Positions 39,360 to 49,489 of a stretch of DNA of 64,000 nucleotides are shown here, piece by piece (position 1 is the first letter of the stretch; each line of letters opens with the position of its first letter). Below the pieces are notes generated by a model. The model ran no database searches and was not told the DNA's origin. It was given only the letters and a program-made list of their open reading frames with translations. The position numbers and the translations under genes are program-made. The stretch is from an uncultured Clostridia bacterium (GTDB taxonomy: Bacteria > Bacillota > Clostridia > Lachnospirales > Anaerotignaceae), in NCBI GenBank assembly GCA_937901125.1, contig CALCGT010000059.1:1154-65153 (forward strand), read 5' to 3'.

Positions 39360-39611
39360 ATGAAGATCGTTTTAGATGGAAAAAAGATGACTTCCAAAGA
39401 GGAAGCCCATGCATATCTAAAAAAAGCTTTCGGTTTCCCCGAATATTATGGGAAAAATCTGGATGCCCTCTACGATTGCCTGACAGATATGGGCGAAATG
39501 AAAGTGGAATTTTGGCATACGGATGCAATGAAAGCTGTTTTGGGAAAATATGGTGAGAGCCTGCTACGAGTGTTCCGTGATGTGGATAATATAGCGGTGG
39601 AAATGAAATAA
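39360..39611 (+). CDS. barstar (barnase inhibitor)
   Basis: FGFPEYYGKNLDALYDCLTD matches the barstar motif LPEYYGENLDALWDCLTG. 83 aa, directly downstream of the RNase. Confidence 0.9.
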   Translation: MKIVLDGKKMTSKEEAHAYLKKAFGFPEYYGKNLDALYDCLTDMGEMKVEFWHTDAMKAVLGKYGESLLRVFRDVDNIAVEMK

Positions 39612-39640
39612 AAAAAGAGTCCGATGGACTCTTTTTTTAT
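39609..39640. terminator. bidirectional terminator between barstar and metA
   Basis: AAAAAAAGAGTCC GATG GGACTCTTTTTTT. Confidence 0.75.
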
Positions 39641-40554
39641 TTGATCTGTGTGATGTCATAAGGAGTGGTCTGGTAGACGAAGTAGTTCAGCCAGTTGGAA
39701 TACAGCAGGTTGGCATGGGCTCTCCATGTGACCACGGGGTTCTGGGTATCATCATCGTTGGGATAGTAGTTTTTCGGTACTTCGATGGGCAGACCTGTGT
39801 TCTTATCCCGCAGATATTCCTTTTCCAGGGTGCGGGGGTCGTATTCGGAGTGACCCATAATGAAGATCTGACTGCCGCCGTCGTTATGGATGGCATAGAC
39901 GCCTGCTTCTTCAGAAGAAGCGATGATCTTCAGGCGGGGATCCTTTTCGATATCCTCTCTCAGTACTGTTGTGTGTCTGGAATGGGGCACATAGAAGACA
40001 TCATCGGAGCCGCGGAAGAGGATAGATTTCTTTTTATCCAGCTTATGAGGGAATACGCCGAACATTTTTTCCTTCATCATGTGTTTTTTAATGCCGTAAT
40101 GATAATACAGACCGGCTTGGGCACCCCAGCAGATATGGAAGGTGCTGTGGACATGGGTCTTGCTCCATTCCATGATCTCTACCAGTTCATCCCAATATTC
40201 TACTTCTTCAAATTCCATCTGTTCCACAGGCGCACCTGTGATGATAAGACCATCCCAGTTCTGGTCTTTCACTTCGTCAAAGGTTTTATAGAAGGACAGC
40301 AGATGATCTTCGGGGGTGTTTTTGGATTCATGGCTCTTGGTATGGATCAGTTCCAGTTCGATCTGCAGTGCTGTATTGCCCAGCAGGCGGGAAAGCTGTG
40401 TTTCCGTATCGATCTTCGTGGGCATCAGGTTCAGCAGAAGGATCTGCAGAGGGCGGATATCCTGTGTCATGGCACGGAATTCCGTCATGATAAAAATATT
40501 CTCATCCGTCAGCACCTTGGCTGCGGGTAATTCATTCGGTATCTTAATTGGCAT
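39637..40554 (-). CDS. metA: homoserine O-acyltransferase (MetA family)
   Basis: The N-terminus [23 protein letters not shown] is the canonical MetA start. 305 aa. Confidence 0.92.
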   Translation of the reverse strand: MPIKIPNELPAAKVLTDENIFIMTEFRAMTQDIRPLQILLLNLMPTKIDTETQLSRLLGNTALQIELELIHTKSHESKNTPEDHLLSFYKTFDEVKDQNWDGLIITGAPVEQMEFEEVEYWDELVEIMEWSKTHVHSTFHICWGAQAGLYYHYGIKKHMMKEKMFGVFPHKLDKKKSILFRGSDDVFYVPHSRHTTVLREDIEKDPRLKIIASSEEAGVYAIHNDGGSQIFIMGHSEYDPRTLEKEYLRDKNTGLPIEVPKNYYPNDDDTQNPVVTWRAHANLLYSNWLNYFVYQTTPYDITQIK

Positions 40555-40580
40555 TTTCTTTCACCGCTTTCGTATATTGT

Positions 40581-41870
40581 TTATTTCTTAATTGCTTCCA
40601 GCGCCTGAGCGATATCATCGATCAGATCCTGTGCGCTTTCCAGACCACAGGAGAGACGGACCATATCGCCGGGAACACCTGCAGCTGCCAGTTCTGCGTC
40701 GTTCATCTGTCTGTGGGTGGAACTTGCGGGATGCAGACAGCAGGTGCGGGCATCAGCAACGTGGGTTTCGATGGCTGCTGTTTTCAGGTGGCCCATGAAG
40801 GCTTCTGCTGCCTTTCTGCCGCCCTTTACGCCGAAGCTGACAACGCCGCAGGTGCCGTTGGGCATATATTTCTGTGCTACTTCATAGTATTTATCGCCTT
40901 CCAGACCGGGATAGGTTACCCATTCGATCTGATCGTGAGCCTTCAGATATTTTGCTACAGCCAGACCGTTTTCGCAGTGACGGGGCACACGAACATGGAG
41001 ACTTTCCAGGCCCAAATTCAGCAGGAATGCAGACTGGGGAGAAGGAGTAGATCCGAAATCGCGCATCAGCTGTGCGGTCGCTTTTGTAATGAATGCACCT
41101 TCTTTGCCGAATTTTTCCGCATATGTAATGCCATGGTAGCTATCATCGGGGGTACACAGGCCGGGGAATTTTTCCGCATGAGCCAGCCAGTCAAAGTTGC
41201 CGCTGTCTACGATGCAGCCGCCAACAGCAGCACCGTGGCCGTCCATGTATTTTGTGGTGGAGTGGGTCACGATATCTGCACCCCATTCGAAGGGTCTGCA
41301 GTTGATGGGGGTTGCGAAGGTGTTATCCACGATGAGGGGAACGCCATGGGCGTGGGCTGCTTTCGCGAAGCGTTCGATATCCAGCACGGTCAGGGAAGGG
41401 TTGGCGATGCTTTCGCCGAATACTGCTTTTGTGTTGGGCTTGAAGGCAGCTGCCAGTTCTTCATCGGAGCAGTCGGGGGCAACGAAGGTAAAATCGATAC
41501 CCATTTTTTTCATGGTTACCGCAAACAGGTTGTATGTACCGCCGTAAATAGTGGAAGAGGATACCACATGGTCGCCGCAGTTTACGATGTTGAACATAGC
41601 GTAAAAATTGGCTGCCTGACCGGAAGAAGTCAGCATAGCTGCTGTGCCGCCTTCCAGAGCGCAGATTTTTGCAGCTACATAGTCACAGGTAGGGTTTTGC
41701 AGTCTGGAATAGAAATAGCCTTCTGCTTCCAGATCGAACAGTTTGCCCATATCTTCGCTGGTGCTGTATTTGAAGGTTGTGCTCTGGTAAATGGGAATCT
41801 GTCTGGGTTCGCCGTTGCCGGGGGTATAGCCGCCCTGTACGCATTTTGTTTCGATACGATAATCTCTCAT
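40581..41870 (-). CDS. metY: O-acetylhomoserine aminocarboxypropyltransferase / sulfhydrylase (PLP-dependent)
   Basis: 429 aa in the Cys/Met metabolism PLP family. It has the HSTTKYMDGHG lysine motif. Confidence 0.9.
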   Translation of the reverse strand: MRDYRIETKCVQGGYTPGNGEPRQIPIYQSTTFKYSTSEDMGKLFDLEAEGYFYSRLQNPTCDYVAAKICALEGGTAAMLTSSGQAANFYAMFNIVNCGDHVVSSSTIYGGTYNLFAVTMKKMGIDFTFVAPDCSDEELAAAFKPNTKAVFGESIANPSLTVLDIERFAKAAHAHGVPLIVDNTFATPINCRPFEWGADIVTHSTTKYMDGHGAAVGGCIVDSGNFDWLAHAEKFPGLCTPDDSYHGITYAEKFGKEGAFITKATAQLMRDFGSTPSPQSAFLLNLGLESLHVRVPRHCENGLAVAKYLKAHDQIEWVTYPGLEGDKYYEVAQKYMPNGTCGVVSFGVKGGRKAAEAFMGHLKTAAIETHVADARTCCLHPASSTHRQMNDAELAAAGVPGDMVRLSCGLESAQDLIDDIAQALEAIKK

Positions 41871-42029
41871 TTTGTTTTCCTCCTTGGTGTGTTTTATTTC
41901 GCGTTAAAACCAATTCGTAAGGCTGTGCCTTACTCATTGATTTGCTCCGCAAATCAAATTCATACTATATGAAAAGTGATTTTTGCAAGCAAAATCAGCT
42001 TGCATATAAGATGAATTTGGTTTTCTATG

Positions 42030-42445
42030 CTTATAACAAAAAAAGCCGTCTCAAAGAAACCCTTTGAGACGGCTATAGTTAACCGCGGTACCACTCAAAT
42101 TGCATATCTGAAATATGCCACCTCTTCGGGCTCCAGCAAGCCCTATGCTTTTACGCAGCAATCACGGGAGGAGCCTACCGATGGGAAACCATTATAAAGA
42201 ACCAAGACATTTGGAAAACACTTTGTGTTTTCCAAATGATGGCTTTCGCCAAATGGATTTATGCAAATAGATTCACTTGTATGCAAGCATCCAATGATCC
42301 ACTTGCATAAATCCGCTTGGCTCTGAAGCTTCACACTTTCGAACCTCCGGCTCTGAAGCCATAGGCTGTTGAGTGAAATTGTTATCGGTTCGCAGCGACC
42401 ACCGACTCTCTGGAAACGCAGGCACTCAGCCCTCTTCGTCATAGC
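42030..42445 (-). promoter_or_regulatory. T-box riboswitch leader of metY-metA
   Basis: On the minus strand: the Stem I AGAGAG-TCGGTGG...TGCGAACC box (plus 42385-42412); the conserved T-box AATTTGAGTGGTACCGCGG (plus 42083-42101); and the terminator AGCCGTCTCAAAGG...CTTTGAGACGGCTTTTTTT (plus 42039-42075). A candidate AUG specifier is at 42362-42360. Confidence 0.8.
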
Positions 42446-42504
42446 CTTTTGTATGCATTTTATTTGGGCGGGGAAAGTTTTCTGACTCCACCGTATTGCA
42501 AATT

Positions 42505-42532
42505 ATTATAACACCCAAAAAAAAATTGTCAA
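42505..42532 (-). promoter_or_regulatory. sigma-A promoter driving the T-box leader
   Basis: On the minus strand: consensus TTGACA (plus 42527-42532), a 16-nt spacer, then consensus TATAAT (plus 42505-42510). Confidence 0.6.
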
Positions 42533-42683
42533 TCTCTTTTTTGAGATTTGTTTTCGATTTTATACAATCCTTCTGGGGCTTTTGAAAAGAAAATTAAAGA
42601 AAGATTAAGAAAGCATGCCGCTGTTCTTCCAATTTTATCCGTATAATGGTAGTTATGAAAAAGATCGGAGGAGGTTTTAAACT

Positions 42684-43862
42684 ATGAAGTTGACGAAAAA
42701 GAAAAAAATCATCCTTGTTGCGGCAATCGCTGTGGCAGTTACGGCGGGAGTGAAGCTGGCACTGGGCAGCGGAGAGCCTGCAGGGGAAATGGTCAGTACC
42801 GCCTTGGCGGAAAAGCAGGATTTACAGGAAACACTGCGGCTGAAAGCTGTGCTGGAGGGGACGGAAAGCACAGAAGTTGTCTCTCGTCTCCATTATGAGG
42901 TGAAGGAGTTGTTGGTAAAGGAAGGCGACCGAGTGAAAAAAGGGCAGTTGCTGGCGGTTTTGGACAGCACAGACCTTTCTCAGGAGATGTCCCTGAAAAA
43001 AGGCAGCCTGACTCTGTTGCAGAAGCAGCAGGCAGAGACCTTGCGGGACAGACAGGTGGAATATGATAACGCCAAAAAGGCCTATGACGATACGAAAGCC
43101 CTCTTCGATATCGGCGCAGCCAGCAAGGCGGAGTTGGATGATGCCAAGGAAAAATTGGATGCCATCCCTGCGGAAAATGGAAAGGCAGTGCTTTCTGCTG
43201 TGGAGAAGCAGACCCTTGCCAATACCAACCAGGAAATCAGCATCCAAGCCAGCACCATGGATGACTGTCAGATCCGCAGTATGATCGACGGGACAGTGAC
43301 CCGTGTGAATACGAAGGTAGGTCGCTTTGCTGATGAAACAGAGGACGATAAGCCTATGTTTGTCATTGAAAATGTGGATACCCTGCAAATGAAGGTTATG
43401 GTCAGCGAAAATGATATCGCTAAGGTTTCCGTAGGGCAGAAGGTGGATATCACAGCGGATATTCTGAACGGCGAAAGTGTGCAGGGGGAAGTCATCCGCA
43501 TTTCTCCCACAGGGGAATTGAAGGACGGCACTACATCGGAACGGGTCATCCCTGTTTATATCAGTGTGAAGGAAAAGAATGATAAGCTTATCGCCGGCAT
43601 TACTGCGAAAGCCACCATACATATCGCGGAAGCAAAACAGGCATTGACTGTGCCTTATGAAGCCGTAGGCGAGCTGGAGGACGGCAGCACGGTGGTTTAT
43701 GTGGTCAATGGGGACAATACCATCCATATTGTGCCTGTGAAACTGGGGCTAGAAACAGACTTGTATGTGGAGATCAAAGGCAGCGAACTGAAGGAAGGGC
43801 AGACTATCGTACTGAATCCCAGCCCTGCCTTGACCGAGGGCATGGCCGTCGTGCCGCAGTAA
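42684..43862 (+). CDS. efflux transporter periplasmic adaptor (HlyD/MacA family)
   Basis: N-terminal anchor, coiled-coil hairpin region and beta-barrel. It sits upstream of MacB-type ABC genes. Confidence 0.85.
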   Translation: MKLTKKKKIILVAAIAVAVTAGVKLALGSGEPAGEMVSTALAEKQDLQETLRLKAVLEGTESTEVVSRLHYEVKELLVKEGDRVKKGQLLAVLDSTDLSQEMSLKKGSLTLLQKQQAETLRDRQVEYDNAKKAYDDTKALFDIGAASKAELDDAKEKLDAIPAENGKAVLSAVEKQTLANTNQEISIQASTMDDCQIRSMIDGTVTRVNTKVGRFADETEDDKPMFVIENVDTLQMKVMVSENDIAKVSVGQKVDITADILNGESVQGEVIRISPTGELKDGTTSERVIPVYISVKEKNDKLIAGITAKATIHIAEAKQALTVPYEAVGELEDGSTVVYVVNGDNTIHIVPVKLGLETDLYVEIKGSELKEGQTIVLNPSPALTEGMAVVPQ

Positions 43863-43875
43863 GGAGTGATGCCAT

Positions 43876-44571
43876 ATGAAGGAGATCATCAAGATCGAAC
43901 ATTTACATAAAACTTACGACACGGGGGCGGTGCAGGTACATGCCCTCCGAGATGTGAACCTGACCATTACCGAAGGGGAATATGTTGCAATCATGGGGCA
44001 GTCCGGCTCCGGTAAATCTACCTTGATGAATATTTTGGGGTGCATGGACAGACGGTTTGAAGGGACATACCTTTTGGACGGCATCAGTATCGAAGATCAG
44101 GAAGAAAACGAGCTTTCCCGCATCCGTAATAAAAAGATTGGTTTTGTTTTTCAGGCGTTTCAGCTGATCCCTCGCACCTCTGCATTGAAAAATGTGGAGA
44201 TCCCCATGATCTATGCGGGGATGAAGGGAGAAAAACGCAGGAAAAAAGCGGAAGCCTTGCTAGAAAAGGTAGGCTTGGGGGAACGCATCCACCATATGCC
44301 CAATGAGCTTTCCGGCGGGCAGAAGCAGAGAGTTGCCATTGCCAGAGCCTTGGCAAACGATCCTGCTATCCTCCTTGCCGATGAACCGACGGGGAATCTG
44401 GATACAAAAGCATCCCATGAAATCATGGAATTTTTCACAAAGCTGAATGAGGAAGGGGCAACAGTCATCGTGGTTACCCACGAGGAGGATATCGCCCAAT
44501 ATACGAAACGCATCGTCCGTTTTCAGGATGGACAGATCATCAGTGATACAAAGGTGGTGAAGGAAGGATGA
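43876..44571 (+). CDS. MacB/LolD-type ABC transporter ATP-binding protein
   Basis: Walker A GQSGSGKST, signature LSGGQKQRVAIARAL, Walker B LLADEPTGNLD. Confidence 0.92.
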   Translation: MKEIIKIEHLHKTYDTGAVQVHALRDVNLTITEGEYVAIMGQSGSGKSTLMNILGCMDRRFEGTYLLDGISIEDQEENELSRIRNKKIGFVFQAFQLIPRTSALKNVEIPMIYAGMKGEKRRKKAEALLEKVGLGERIHHMPNELSGGQKQRVAIARALANDPAILLADEPTGNLDTKASHEIMEFFTKLNEEGATVIVVTHEEDIAQYTKRIVRFQDGQIISDTKVVKEG

Positions 44572-45773
44572 TATTTGAAAACATCAAGCTGGCATTTTCT
44601 GCGATCCGTGCCAATAAAATGCGTTCCTTTCTGACCATGCTGGGCATGATCATCGGTATCAGCTCCGTTATCGCCATCGTTTCTTTGGGGGATACTATGC
44701 GGAGCATGTTTGCCAAGGAATATGAAAATGTTGGCATTGGTCTGGCCTATGTCTATATCATTACGGAGGACGGCTATTATACGGAGAATGAGATGTTTAC
44801 CCAAGAGGATGTGGAACGGCTGAAGGAGGCCATGGGAGACGACCTGACCTATGTGGGCTTTGAAACAGGCGAGCGCACCGACCTGCAGGCAGGACGAAAA
44901 AAAGAAAAAGTCATGATAAAGGGGCTGGCAGAGAATCCAACTGCCATGGAAGATCCCAAGATTGTTTACGGGCGGATGCTCAACGACAGAGATATCCATG
45001 GGGAGAGGAATTATGCTGTTTTGGATAAGGAAACGGCTCTAAATCTTTTCGGTGTGGAAAACGCCGTGGGCAAGACTGTAAAGACTACTATCAACCAGGA
45101 AGGCACAGAGCTGATGGTTGTGGGTGTCTATGAAAACACCGATTCTGCCTTGGTGCGGATGTTGGGCGGCAGTGGACCCAAATCCGTTTATGTGCCAGAA
45201 AGCATCATGGTTTCTGCGGATTCCAGTAACTGGACCATAGATTTCTGTATGAATACGGAAGGAGATATGGAAAAGACCCTGGAACGGGTAAAGACCTTTG
45301 TAGCAAGGATGAAAAACCATGATCTGAGCGAAGTTCGTTCAGAATCTGCTATGGAAGAAATGGGCATGATGGACAGTATGCTTGGCTCTCTTTCTATGGT
45401 GGTGGGGGCCATTGCTGCGATCTCTCTGCTGGTAGGCGGCATCGGCATTATGAATATCATGCTGGTTTCTGTGACGGAGCGTACCCGTGAAATCGGTATC
45501 CGAAAGGCATTGGGTGCCCAGACGAAGGATATTTTGATACAATTCCTGATTGAAGCGGCGGCCATTTCTGCCGCAGGGGGAATCATCGGCACGGCCCTGG
45601 GCATTTCCATCGTTGCCATCGGCGGCGCGCTGGTGGGCATTACCGCCGTGGTGAAGCCTACCGTTGTGGCGGTGGCGGTCATCTTTTCCGCAGTAGTGGG
45701 CCTTGGCTTCGGGCTGTATCCTGCTAGAAAAGCGGCCAGAAAAGACCCTGTGGAAGCCCTGCGGTATGAATAA
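44568..45773 (+). CDS. ABC transporter permease (FtsX/MacB type)
   Basis: ATGA overlap with the ATPase gene. MacB periplasmic domain plus the FtsX-like C-terminus ERTREIGIRKALGA. Confidence 0.9.
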   Translation: MIFENIKLAFSAIRANKMRSFLTMLGMIIGISSVIAIVSLGDTMRSMFAKEYENVGIGLAYVYIITEDGYYTENEMFTQEDVERLKEAMGDDLTYVGFETGERTDLQAGRKKEKVMIKGLAENPTAMEDPKIVYGRMLNDRDIHGERNYAVLDKETALNLFGVENAVGKTVKTTINQEGTELMVVGVYENTDSALVRMLGGSGPKSVYVPESIMVSADSSNWTIDFCMNTEGDMEKTLERVKTFVARMKNHDLSEVRSESAMEEMGMMDSMLGSLSMVVGAIAAISLLVGGIGIMNIMLVSVTERTREIGIRKALGAQTKDILIQFLIEAAAISAAGGIIGTALGISIVAIGGALVGITAVVKPTVVAVAVIFSAVVGLGFGLYPARKAARKDPVEALRYE

Positions 45774-45986
45774 AAAGAAAATATAAATGGGGCAAAAGCT
45801 GCCCGATGGGACGAAAAATCTGTAAATTTTATGCGTTTTGCTGAAAATTTGCGGATTTTTTTCATTTGATTTTCTGTTTTGAAAAGTTGAATTTGGAATG
45901 ATTTTATTTTGCTGGATAAGAAAATATGGTATACTTAACCATGGTGTAGAATCGAAATTTTTAGAATATGATAGGAGGTGCGCTAA

Positions 45987-48900
45987 ATGGAACAGGATGA
46001 AATGAATATGGAAATCAAACCCTTTACGCATCTCCATGTCCATACGGAATATAGCCTGCTGGATGGTTCTGCCAAGATCAAGGAGCTGGCGCAGCGGGTG
46101 AAGGAACTGGGGATGAACAGCATCGCCATCACAGACCATGGTGCCATGTATGGCGCGGTGGAATTTTATAAAGCGGCTCTGGAGGCAGGCATTAAGCCTA
46201 TCATCGGCTGTGAGGTTTATGTGGCGGAAGGTTCCCGGTTCAAAAAGGAAGGCAAGGGCGGCGGCTATTATCATCTGGTACTGCTGGCGGAGAATAATGA
46301 GGGCTATCAAAACCTGATCAAGCTGGTTTCCTATGGATTCACAGAAGGGTTTTATTATAAGCCCCGCGTGGATAAGGAGCTTTTGCGGAAATACAGCAAG
46401 GGACTGATCGCTTCCAGTGCCTGCCTTGCGGGGGAAGTTCCCAGAAATATCCTGAATATTTCTTACGAAAAGGCCAAAGAGGCGGCTTTGGACTATCTGG
46501 AAATCTTTGGTGAGGGCAATTACTTTTTGGAATTGCAGGATCACGGGATGCGGGAACAGAAAATCGTCAATGAAGCATTGGTACGCATGAGCAGGGAAAC
46601 GGGTATTCCCCTGATCGCCACCAATGACAGCCATTATATCTATAAAGAGGACGCAGAACCCCACGATATCCTGCTGTGCATCCAGACGGGGAAAACAGTG
46701 CTGGATGAGGACAGGATGCGCTACGAAGGCGGGCAGTTTTATGTGAAAAGCCCCGAGGAGATGTACGATCTCTTTTCCTTTGCCCCGGAAGCCTGCGAAA
46801 ATACGGCAAAAATTGCGGAACGCTGCAATGTGACCTTTACCTTCCATGAATTGAAGCTGCCCCGGTTCGATGTGCCTGACGGGAAAACAGCAGAGGAATA
46901 TTTAAGAGAACTTTGTTATCAGGGTTTTGCGGAAAAATACTCCGACCCCAAGGCGGAATGGAAGGAACGCTTGGAATACGAGCTTTCTACCATTGTAAAT
47001 ATGGGTTATGTGGATTATTTCCTTATTGTTTGGGATTTTATCAAATATGCTAAGGACAACGGCATCATCGTTGGACCGGGACGTGGTTCTGCGGCGGGCA
47101 GTATGGTTTCCTATTGCCTTTCCATCACGACCATCGACCCTTTGAAATATGACCTGATCTTCGAACGTTTTTTGAATCCTGAGCGTGTCAGCATGCCCGA
47201 TATTGATATCGACTTCTGCTATGAAAGGCGGCAGGAGGTCATTGACTATGTCATTCGAAAATATGGGGAAGCCAATGTTGCCCAGATCATTACTTTCGGT
47301 ACGCTGGCGGCAAGGGCTGCCATCAAGGACGTGGGCCGTGCCCTGGCAATGCCCTATGCGGATGTGGACCGCATTTCCAAGATGATTCCTACAGAATTGG
47401 GCATTACCATCGAAAAAGCCCTGAAAATGAACCCTGATCTTAGAAAGGCTTACGAAGAGGAAGAGGATACGAAACGCCTCATTGACACATCCATACGTCT
47501 GGAAGGTCTGCCTCGCCATTCTTCCACCCATGCGGCGGGGGTTGTCATCTGTCGTGAGCCTGTTATGGAATATGTGCCCCTCAGTGCCAATGACGGGCAG
47601 GTCAACACCCAGTATACTATGACGCTGCTGGAGGAACTGGGACTGCTGAAAATGGACTTTTTGGGTCTGCGGACTTTGACAGTCATCCAGAGTGCTGTGC
47701 AGGAAATTGAGCGTATCCACGGTGTGAAGCTGGGTATGGATCACCTGCCGGAAAACGACCCTGCTGTCTATGATATGATTTGTCAGGGGAAAACGGAGGG
47801 CGTGTTCCAGCTGGAAAGCGGCGGCATGAAGCAGTTTATGAAGGAATTGCAGCCCCGCTGTCTGGAAGATATGATCGCCGGTATTGCATTGTATCGCCCG
47901 GGCCCCATGGATTTTATCCCCAAATACATCAAAGGGAAAAATGCCGGCGGCAATGTGCAGTATACCCATCCGAAACTGGAGCCGATTCTGGAAAATACTT
48001 ATGGCTGTATTGTTTACCAGGAACAAGTTATGCAGATTGTGCGGGACTTGGCGGGATATAGCTTGGGTCGAAGTGATCTGGTGCGTCGTGCCATGAGTAA
48101 GAAAAAGGCTTCCGTCATGGCGGAGGAGAGAAAAAATTTCGTGTACGGCGATGGCAAGGATGTGCCGGGATGTGTGAAAAACGGCATTCCCGCGGAAGCG
48201 GCGGAGAAGATTTTCGATGAAATGACAGACTTCGCCAAATACGCTTTCAATAAGAGCCACGCCGCCTGCTATGCGGTGGTCGGCTATCAGACAGCATGGC
48301 TGAAAGCCCATTATCCCGTGGAATTTATGGCAGCACTGATGACCAGCGTTATGGATAACGCAGCGAAGGTTTCCGGCTATGTGGAGGAATGTAAAAAAAT
48401 GGGCATCCGGCTTTTGCCTCCCGATATCAATGAAGGCTACCGACAGTTTTCCGTATCCGATGGGAAAATCCGCTTTGCTTTGGCGGCCATCAAAAATGTC
48501 GGCAAGGGTGCGGTGGATGCGCTGGTGGCGGAACGGGAAAAGAATGGCCCCTTCACTTCCATGACGGATTTCTGCAACCGTATGGAGGGCGGCGAATGGA
48601 ACAAGCGGGGCATGGAAAGCCTCATCAAAGGTGGCGCTATGGACAGTCTCGGCGGCTTCCGCAGCCAATATATGGTGATTTATAAAAGCATTCTGGATGG
48701 CATTGGTCAGGCCAGAAAAAATAATATCGAAGGGCAGCTGAACCTGTTCGACATGGACGGAGGAGATGAATCCTTCCAGCAGCAGGATGAACTGCCGCCC
48801 ATCCAGGAATATCCTCTTCGGGAAAAACTGGCCATGGAAAAGGAAGTGTTGGGCATCTATGTCAGCGGGCATCCTCTGGCAGAATATGAGGAACAGCTGA

Positions 48901-49466
48901 GAAGAAAGATCAGCCACAGCAGTCTGGATTTCCTACCGGCGGAAGAGGGGGAAGATCGCCTGCAGGTGGAAGAAGAAACAAAGGTCATCGTTGGTGGTAT
49001 GGTAGCAGGCATTTCTGTGAAATATACTAGAAACAACGATAAAATGGCCTTTGTGACGCTGGAAGATTTCCAGGGTAGTATAGAAATCGTGATTTTCCCG
49101 AAGGTCTATGAAAAATGCGCGGCTTCTCTGAAGGAGGATGAAGTCCTTCTCATCAAAGGCAGAGCCAATGTTTCCGCCGATGGGGAAGGGAAGGTCATTG
49201 CCCAGGAAGTGAAGCCTTTGGTGCTGGGAGAAAAAGAATCGCCAAGCTCCGTCTGGCTGAAACTGGCGGCGGGGCAGGAAGTGCCCTTCGGGCAGATCAC
49301 TGCGATTTTAGGAAAATATCACGGGAATGTTCCCGTATATATCTATGATGAAAAAACAAAGCGGAAAATGAAGGCGGACCGCATCAACTGGGTCACAGGG
49401 GAAGAGGAACTCTGTGAAGAGCTGCGGCTGCTCCTTGGTGAAAAAAACGTTGCGTTGAAATATTGA
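45987..49466 (+). CDS. dnaE: DNA polymerase III alpha subunit (DnaE type)
   Basis: 1159 aa. The PHP domain starts FTHLHVHTEYSLLDGS. The palm has GRGSAAGS...PDIDIDF. An OB fold lies near the C-terminus. Confidence 0.97.
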   Translation: MEQDEMNMEIKPFTHLHVHTEYSLLDGSAKIKELAQRVKELGMNSIAITDHGAMYGAVEFYKAALEAGIKPIIGCEVYVAEGSRFKKEGKGGGYYHLVLLAENNEGYQNLIKLVSYGFTEGFYYKPRVDKELLRKYSKGLIASSACLAGEVPRNILNISYEKAKEAALDYLEIFGEGNYFLELQDHGMREQKIVNEALVRMSRETGIPLIATNDSHYIYKEDAEPHDILLCIQTGKTVLDEDRMRYEGGQFYVKSPEEMYDLFSFAPEACENTAKIAERCNVTFTFHELKLPRFDVPDGKTAEEYLRELCYQGFAEKYSDPKAEWKERLEYELSTIVNMGYVDYFLIVWDFIKYAKDNGIIVGPGRGSAAGSMVSYCLSITTIDPLKYDLIFERFLNPERVSMPDIDIDFCYERRQEVIDYVIRKYGEANVAQIITFGTLAARAAIKDVGRALAMPYADVDRISKMIPTELGITIEKALKMNPDLRKAYEEEEDTKRLIDTSIRLEGLPRHSSTHAAGVVICREPVMEYVPLSANDGQVNTQYTMTLLEELGLLKMDFLGLRTLTVIQSAVQEIERIHGVKLGMDHLPENDPAVYDMICQGKTEGVFQLESGGMKQFMKELQPRCLEDMIAGIALYRPGPMDFIPKYIKGKNAGGNVQYTHPKLEPILENTYGCIVYQEQVMQIVRDLAGYSLGRSDLVRRAMSKKKASVMAEERKNFVYGDGKDVPGCVKNGIPAEAAEKIFDEMTDFAKYAFNKSHAACYAVVGYQTAWLKAHYPVEFMAALMTSVMDNAAKVSGYVEECKKMGIRLLPPDINEGYRQFSVSDGKIRFALAAIKNVGKGAVDALVAEREKNGPFTSMTDFCNRMEGGEWNKRGMESLIKGGAMDSLGGFRSQYMVIYKSILDGIGQARKNNIEGQLNLFDMDGGDESFQQQDELPPIQEYPLREKLAMEKEVLGIYVSGHPLAEYEEQLRRKISHSSLDFLPAEEGEDRLQVEEETKVIVGGMVAGISVKYTRNNDKMAFVTLEDFQGSIEIVIFPKVYEKCAASLKEDEVLLIKGRANVSADGEGKVIAQEVKPLVLGEKESPSSVWLKLAAGQEVPFGQITAILGKYHGNVPVYIYDEKTKRKMKADRINWVTGEEELCEELRLLLGEKNVALKY

Positions 49467-49489
49467 ATTCGTATGGAGGAGGAATTTGT

